Made by a program: the position numbers and the translations under genes. Positions 59,204 through 64,000 of a DNA stretch of 64,000 nucleotides are shown here, piece after piece (position 1 is the stretch's first letter; each line of letters starts with the position of its first letter). Origin of the DNA: a virus (Duplodnaviria > Caudoviricetes). The notes under the pieces are model-generated. The model saw nothing but the letters and a program-made list of their open reading frames with translations, searched no databases and was not told the DNA's origin. Location: positions 53,598 through 117,597 of the IMG/VR virus record IMGVR_UViG_3300040856_002888; one strand, 5' to 3'.

Positions 59204-62200
59204 ATGGCTTTCCAAGAAGTTAACATTGGTGTAGAAGGAAACGACGGCACTGGTGATAGTATTAGACAATCATTTAGAAAAGTAAATGAAAATTTTAATG
59301 AATTATATGCTGTTTTCAACTTAGGCGGTAGAATTACATTTAAAGATCTAGACGACACTGCTACAGTCTATCAACCAAATTCTGTCTTCTTAGTAAATTC
59401 AAGCGGTCTTTTTATCGACAATGCTGTTCTTGATACAACTTATGTAACTGACGAAAATGGAAACCAAAGAGGATCAATAAACTTTCAGTATGAAGACGGA
59501 TATGTAACAACAGAAACCAATCCAGAAACAGGTGCAGACGAACAGGTTTACAATCCTGGAAAAATTATTATTTCTGCAGGATTTACAAGGGTTGCAGACG
59601 ACACTACTCCTAAACTCGGAGGACCATTAAGTGGACAAAATTTTGTAGTAGCTGGAGTACGAGTTCCATTAACAAACGACGACGAAGACTTACTTGCATT
59701 AAATGGCGTAAACGATAAAAATTATACAGTTGATAATGCAGTTATAACAAAAGGCTATGCGGACCAAAGATATATCACAACAGATATTCCAATTTCAATA
59801 ACAGACGAACCAGACGGAGTCTTACATTATACCTGGAGGATTTATGATTATATAAGCACACCCGGGGCAACTCAGTCTGCTCTTTATATCCTTTCACACT
59901 ACTTACCAGATCAAACAGAAAGTGTAACAGGACATGGGTTAACTGCTTCGTCAAATGGTTTAGAAGTAAAATTTGCCGGTAGACTCCATACTCCACAGGC
60001 ACTAGTTGGTGTTGAAAATTTATACATTAGAGTAGTAGATCCTTACCATTTATGGCTTTTTACAGATAAAGACTTTGCAAAATCACAAGATCCCAACGAA
60101 GCAGAAGCTAATAAAATAGATTTAACACAAGCTTCAGTAGAATTCAACGGAGAACCTGACACTCATACAATAACCTTAGCCACATTAGATCTTACGTTGG
60201 AAGGTTATTTTTTATCAGATCAAGCTGTGCCACGAAAATCTCTTGTGCTAAGGAACGGAGATACTATGACAGGAAAATTATTCCTATCAGATCATCCCGG
60301 AGATTTAGCAGGAAGCGGTACTCCTAATGGAGCAGAAGATTTACAAGCTGCGACCAAATTATATGTAGATCAAGGTGCAGCATACAGTTCGCCAGAAGTC
60401 CTGTTTGTTAGCACCGATGGCGATGATAACATGAAAGGCGTTCCTTTGGGTAAAGAAGGAACAGCGGCAGCATATGCTTTTAGAACAATTGGTGCGGCTG
60501 CAGCCAGGGCAAATGAATTAATACGAACTGCTCCGTCAACACCTGGACCATACATTCAAAAGCTTACATACACAACAAATAATGATGTTTTTGACGGAAC
60601 TGTACTAGGGTTTAATATAGAAGAAGGAGAAGAAGAAGGAGGTTATGCTTACAAAGCTAGAACATTATTAAGCCTGAATAGGACCTATATTCAAAAAGAA
60701 ACTATTGCCTGGATTAATGATACATTTCCAGAATTTTCTTATGATGCAGATTACTGTGAAAGAGACATAGGTCTATTAGTCGATGCCATTGTATTTGATA
60801 TATATAGAAAAATTGGAACAAACACGTTAACAAAGCAAGCTGCCGAAAGATACTTTAGTTCAGTAAGCGGTAGGAGAGCAGTTACAATACAGTTAAACGA
60901 AACCAATTCTGCTATACAATTTGCAAAAGAATTAAGCACTGATATACTACTAAAGCAATTATCTAATGCAGCAATTTTTTCTTCAATAAGCCAAGATGCA
61001 TCGTGCTCTATAATTTTTGATGGCGGATTGCCTGAGATTTATAACGACGGTGATTTAATAACCCTAAAGGATATACCTTTATCTGAATCATTGTCTTTCA
61101 TGAATGGCAAAACTTTCTATATCAAATTTACTAATGCAGAAAGAGACACTATACTTCTTTTCGAAGATTCTGCCCTAAATACTCCTTTTGATACGAGCAC
61201 ATACGATGCCTATGGAGGTAATGCAATTGCTACAATTGGTAAAGTATATCAAAAAGATTACAGTCAGCAAATCCCAGACACAATTGATCAAGCAGAGATT
61301 GCAGAACAAACAGCAGTTACTAGCCTATGGACATTGATTCAAACTATAATTACCAAAGGTATAGATTATCCCTTAATCGAAGATACCAATTACGGAAGAC
61401 CATATAGATTATATGTTAGCAATGGTGGAGAAGGCTATTTAAATCAGACAAGCGATACAAACTCCGATGCTTTACCAGGTAAAGTTGTAAGAGGAACAAG
61501 ATCAAGAGCAATAGGCCGCATAATCCGATTTGTTAATAATGATTCTGATAGCGGATTTGGCACAGATCTTACAAGATTTGATTTAAATCTTTTATCAGCT
61601 AGTCATTTTGAAGAAGGGGAACCGTTAGAATATGCAAATTATATCAAATTAAAAGAAGTTGTTATAAGAATAGAAGCAGGAAATTACTACGAAGACTATC
61701 CAATAAAAGTAGCAAATAATGTATCAATAAAAGGTGACGAATTTAGAAGAGTAATAGTTCAGCCTAAACAAGAAGAAGAGTCACACGTAGCTCGGATATC
61801 ACAAAGTAAATGGGCAAATACTTATTTTTATAGAGATGCAGAATTCGACGGTTTATCAATTACAGAAAACGGCACAAGTAAATTTTACAATCAAATACAA
61901 GATCCTAACACAGATCCTGATACATATCAGGGATGGTTTGGATATCACTACTTAGTTGATCCTTCAAAGCCTATTAACATAGACGATGCTGGGGCAATTG
62001 TTGTTGTGAATCCTAGCGGTAATTTCCACGCAGCAGATATATTAGAAAAAAACAGAGAATTTTTGCAATCAGAAACGGTAGCATGGATTAACTTTAATGT
62101 TGCAGCAGACAATGGTACATTTCCTACTAACTTTACCTATAATCAAGAAAAATGTTCAAGAGATGTAGGATTAATTATCAAAGCACTGGCACATGATTTT

Positions 62201-64000
62201 GAATATGGTGGAAGAGAAAAATCATTAGAAATACAAGGTTCTTATAACGGAAGTGGATATCCCGAATCTGTGAACGTCCTTGAAGATAATACCGGTCAAA
62301 TAGCTGCAACTCTAATTGCTATGGAGTTTATAAAAACAAGAGCAACAACACTCTTACAAGGAAATAGTTTTTCGTCTGCTGATATTTACGGTGATGTATT
62401 ACCTTTTGAAATATTAGACAGCACAGGTAATTTAATCCAGGGCGAAACAGGCACAGTTGCTACCATTGGCAATTTAATAGATCTTATTAAATTTGGGTTT
62501 GATACTGATTACAATCCGCCAAAGAGAACAGACGAAATGGATGTTTTCTTATTAGGTGATACAACTATTATTAGAAACCTTACCACCAGAGGTCATGGTG
62601 GATTTATGTGTGTATTAGATCCAGATGGGCAAATACTTACAAAATCTCCCTATACGCAAACAGCATCAAGTTTCAGTAAAAGCATAAATGCACAAACATT
62701 TTCAGGTGGAATGTTTGTAGATGCATATGTTGGGAATTTGCCAGCACGGATTTTAAATGAAAACGATCCTGCGATTGATGTTTCGGGTTATGTACAAAAT
62801 GACCCTTTCATCCTACCTATAATAAGCGACGATTCAGCGGATGGCGAAAAACAAGGATTAAGAATACGTGAACCACAACTACCCTGTCCTTTTTACAAAG
62901 ATGGAATCAGATATCAAGTAAATGCTATTAGCGATTACAATCAAGCATCTGGCTTTGCATTAATATATCTAGACCGGACCAGTGGTCCAGAAAACCCTGC
63001 AGATCCTGATGGGCCGCATTTAGGATTTAATACTGCAATACCTGTAGAAGGTATCAATATTTTCTTACAAACTGCAGGTAATAGATCGTTACTAGGAAAC
63101 GACTTTACACAGGTAAACGATTTAGGCTATGGTTTAGTAGTTACAAATGGTGCATTCTCTGAAATGGTATCCATGTTTACATATTATTGCCATGCTGCAT
63201 ACTATTCGTGCAACGGAGGCGAAATACGCTCATTAAACGGATCAAACGGATATGGTAATTTTGCTCTTGTCTCAGAAGGAGCAGATCCAAATGAAATTCC
63301 AGATCGTGTAACCCTAGATAGAACTATGACTAGACCTGCAACAGTTTTTGTAGGTACTGCAGTTGATGCTTCAAACAATCCTACGACTGCATATACAGCA
63401 AATTTTGAAGAAAGTTTTGTTGTTGTTTATAATCTAATAGATCCTCCGCAACCAGACAGTATAATAACTATAGATCATGCTGGCACAACAGGAATTCTTA
63501 ATTATAGAATTGCAGCAGTAAGCAGTTTAAGTAGCCTTGTAGGCGACTATGCTCCTGGTACAATTAATGCTGTTGACCCTGTAAATGCAAATGTCATAAT
63601 TAGAGATAAGACACTATACAGATTAGAATTAAGAGCAGACGATGTAATCCAAACTGATTACTTTGGTATTTTGCAAACAGCATTAACCCATGGCACACAG
63701 ATTGAATATCGAGATAATATTGATATCACGTTTAACAATGTAGCTATACCAACTAAATTAGTCACAAGACCAAGCACAGCCATAAACATGGACGAAAGCA
63801 GTGACACAACATATAGAAGTTTAGACTTTCAAACAGAAGATCCTTTCGGCACTCCATTAAGCTCAGAACTTATTTTGACATTTGCTCAAGCTGCTGTCGC
63901 TCCATTCAACACACCAGATGCAGTTATTAGCAACCAGGCAGGAGCTACTGCCCTTGTTTTAGAATCAAATTCCTTAGATCAAAACATTGTAAAAGTTTAC
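59204..64000 (+). CDS. Very large virion structural protein (baseplate/tail-fibre-like), 3'-partial; not in ORF track
   Basis: SD AGGAG; NIG..GNDGTGD.IR.SF.KVNENF.ELY (gp9/gp10-like N-terminus), AATK.YVD, C.RD.GL repeats, beta-helix-like SIKGDEFRR; no stop seen before the window end. Confidence 0.8.
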   Translation, partial: MAFQEVNIGVEGNDGTGDSIRQSFRKVNENFNELYAVFNLGGRITFKDLDDTATVYQPNSVFLVNSSGLFIDNAVLDTTYVTDENGNQRGSINFQYEDGYVTTETNPETGADEQVYNPGKIIISAGFTRVADDTTPKLGGPLSGQNFVVAGVRVPLTNDDEDLLALNGVNDKNYTVDNAVITKGYADQRYITTDIPISITDEPDGVLHYTWRIYDYISTPGATQSALYILSHYLPDQTESVTGHGLTASSNGLEVKFAGRLHTPQALVGVENLYIRVVDPYHLWLFTDKDFAKSQDPNEAEANKIDLTQASVEFNGEPDTHTITLATLDLTLEGYFLSDQAVPRKSLVLRNGDTMTGKLFLSDHPGDLAGSGTPNGAEDLQAATKLYVDQGAAYSSPEVLFVSTDGDDNMKGVPLGKEGTAAAYAFRTIGAAAARANELIRTAPSTPGPYIQKLTYTTNNDVFDGTVLGFNIEEGEEEGGYAYKARTLLSLNRTYIQKETIAWINDTFPEFSYDADYCERDIGLLVDAIVFDIYRKIGTNTLTKQAAERYFSSVSGRRAVTIQLNETNSAIQFAKELSTDILLKQLSNAAIFSSISQDASCSIIFDGGLPEIYNDGDLITLKDIPLSESLSFMNGKTFYIKFTNAERDTILLFEDSALNTPFDTSTYDAYGGNAIATIGKVYQKDYSQQIPDTIDQAEIAEQTAVTSLWTLIQTIITKGIDYPLIEDTNYGRPYRLYVSNGGEGYLNQTSDTNSDALPGKVVRGTRSRAIGRIIRFVNNDSDSGFGTDLTRFDLNLLSASHFEEGEPLEYANYIKLKEVVIRIEAGNYYEDYPIKVANNVSIKGDEFRRVIVQPKQEEESHVARISQSKWANTYFYRDAEFDGLSITENGTSKFYNQIQDPNTDPDTYQGWFGYHYLVDPSKPINIDDAGAIVVVNPSGNFHAADILEKNREFLQSETVAWINFNVAADNGTFPTNFTYNQEKCSRDVGLIIKALAHDFEYGGREKSLEIQGSYNGSGYPESVNVLEDNTGQIAATLIAMEFIKTRATTLLQGNSFSSADIYGDVLPFEILDSTGNLIQGETGTVATIGNLIDLIKFGFDTDYNPPKRTDEMDVFLLGDTTIIRNLTTRGHGGFMCVLDPDGQILTKSPYTQTASSFSKSINAQTFSGGMFVDAYVGNLPARILNENDPAIDVSGYVQNDPFILPIISDDSADGEKQGLRIREPQLPCPFYKDGIRYQVNAISDYNQASGFALIYLDRTSGPENPADPDGPHLGFNTAIPVEGINIFLQTAGNRSLLGNDFTQVNDLGYGLVVTNGAFSEMVSMFTYYCHAAYYSCNGGEIRSLNGSNGYGNFALVSEGADPNEIPDRVTLDRTMTRPATVFVGTAVDASNNPTTAYTANFEESFVVVYNLIDPPQPDSIITIDHAGTTGILNYRIAAVSSLSSLVGDYAPGTINAVDPVNANVIIRDKTLYRLELRADDVIQTDYFGILQTALTHGTQIEYRDNIDITFNNVAIPTKLVTRPSTAINMDESSDTTYRSLDFQTEDPFGTPLSSELILTFAQAAVAPFNTPDAVISNQAGATALVLESNSLDQNIVKVY

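Overview
AT-rich, gene-dense segment of a large T4-like (myovirus-type/jumbo) bacteriophage genome, probably aquatic or marine. Almost all genes are on the + strand and use the standard code. Virion and lysis genes include a PAAR protein, baseplate/tail-fibre-like proteins, a SleB hydrolase and peptidoglycan-binding proteins; nrdAB and glutaredoxins are also present. The load of host-like genes is unusually large: most of de novo purine synthesis (purF, D, S, L, Q, M, E, C, B), pyrB/pyrD/pyrF, a proteostasis set (dnaK, hsp20, clpS, clpP, rpsU, a circularly permuted tmRNA), heme oxygenase plus a PcyX-like bilin reductase, Fe-S carriers (NifU-C, IscA), peroxiredoxin, a PiT transporter, QueD and UvsE. 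Both sigma70-type promoters and T4-like late (TAAATA) motifs are visible. The most striking unexplained signals are: (1) a coiled-coil gene (40654-41238) followed directly by a ~200-nt structured non-coding element with TTGT units on a 7-nt period; (2) an A9/A_AAA_AAC slippery site with a long hairpin that could fuse the first two ORFs by -1 recoding; (3) the two-piece tmRNA with a 26-aa tag; (4) unannotated micro-ORFs, including a 9-Cys metallothionein-like peptide. All calls come from motif recognition by eye; no database searches were run.
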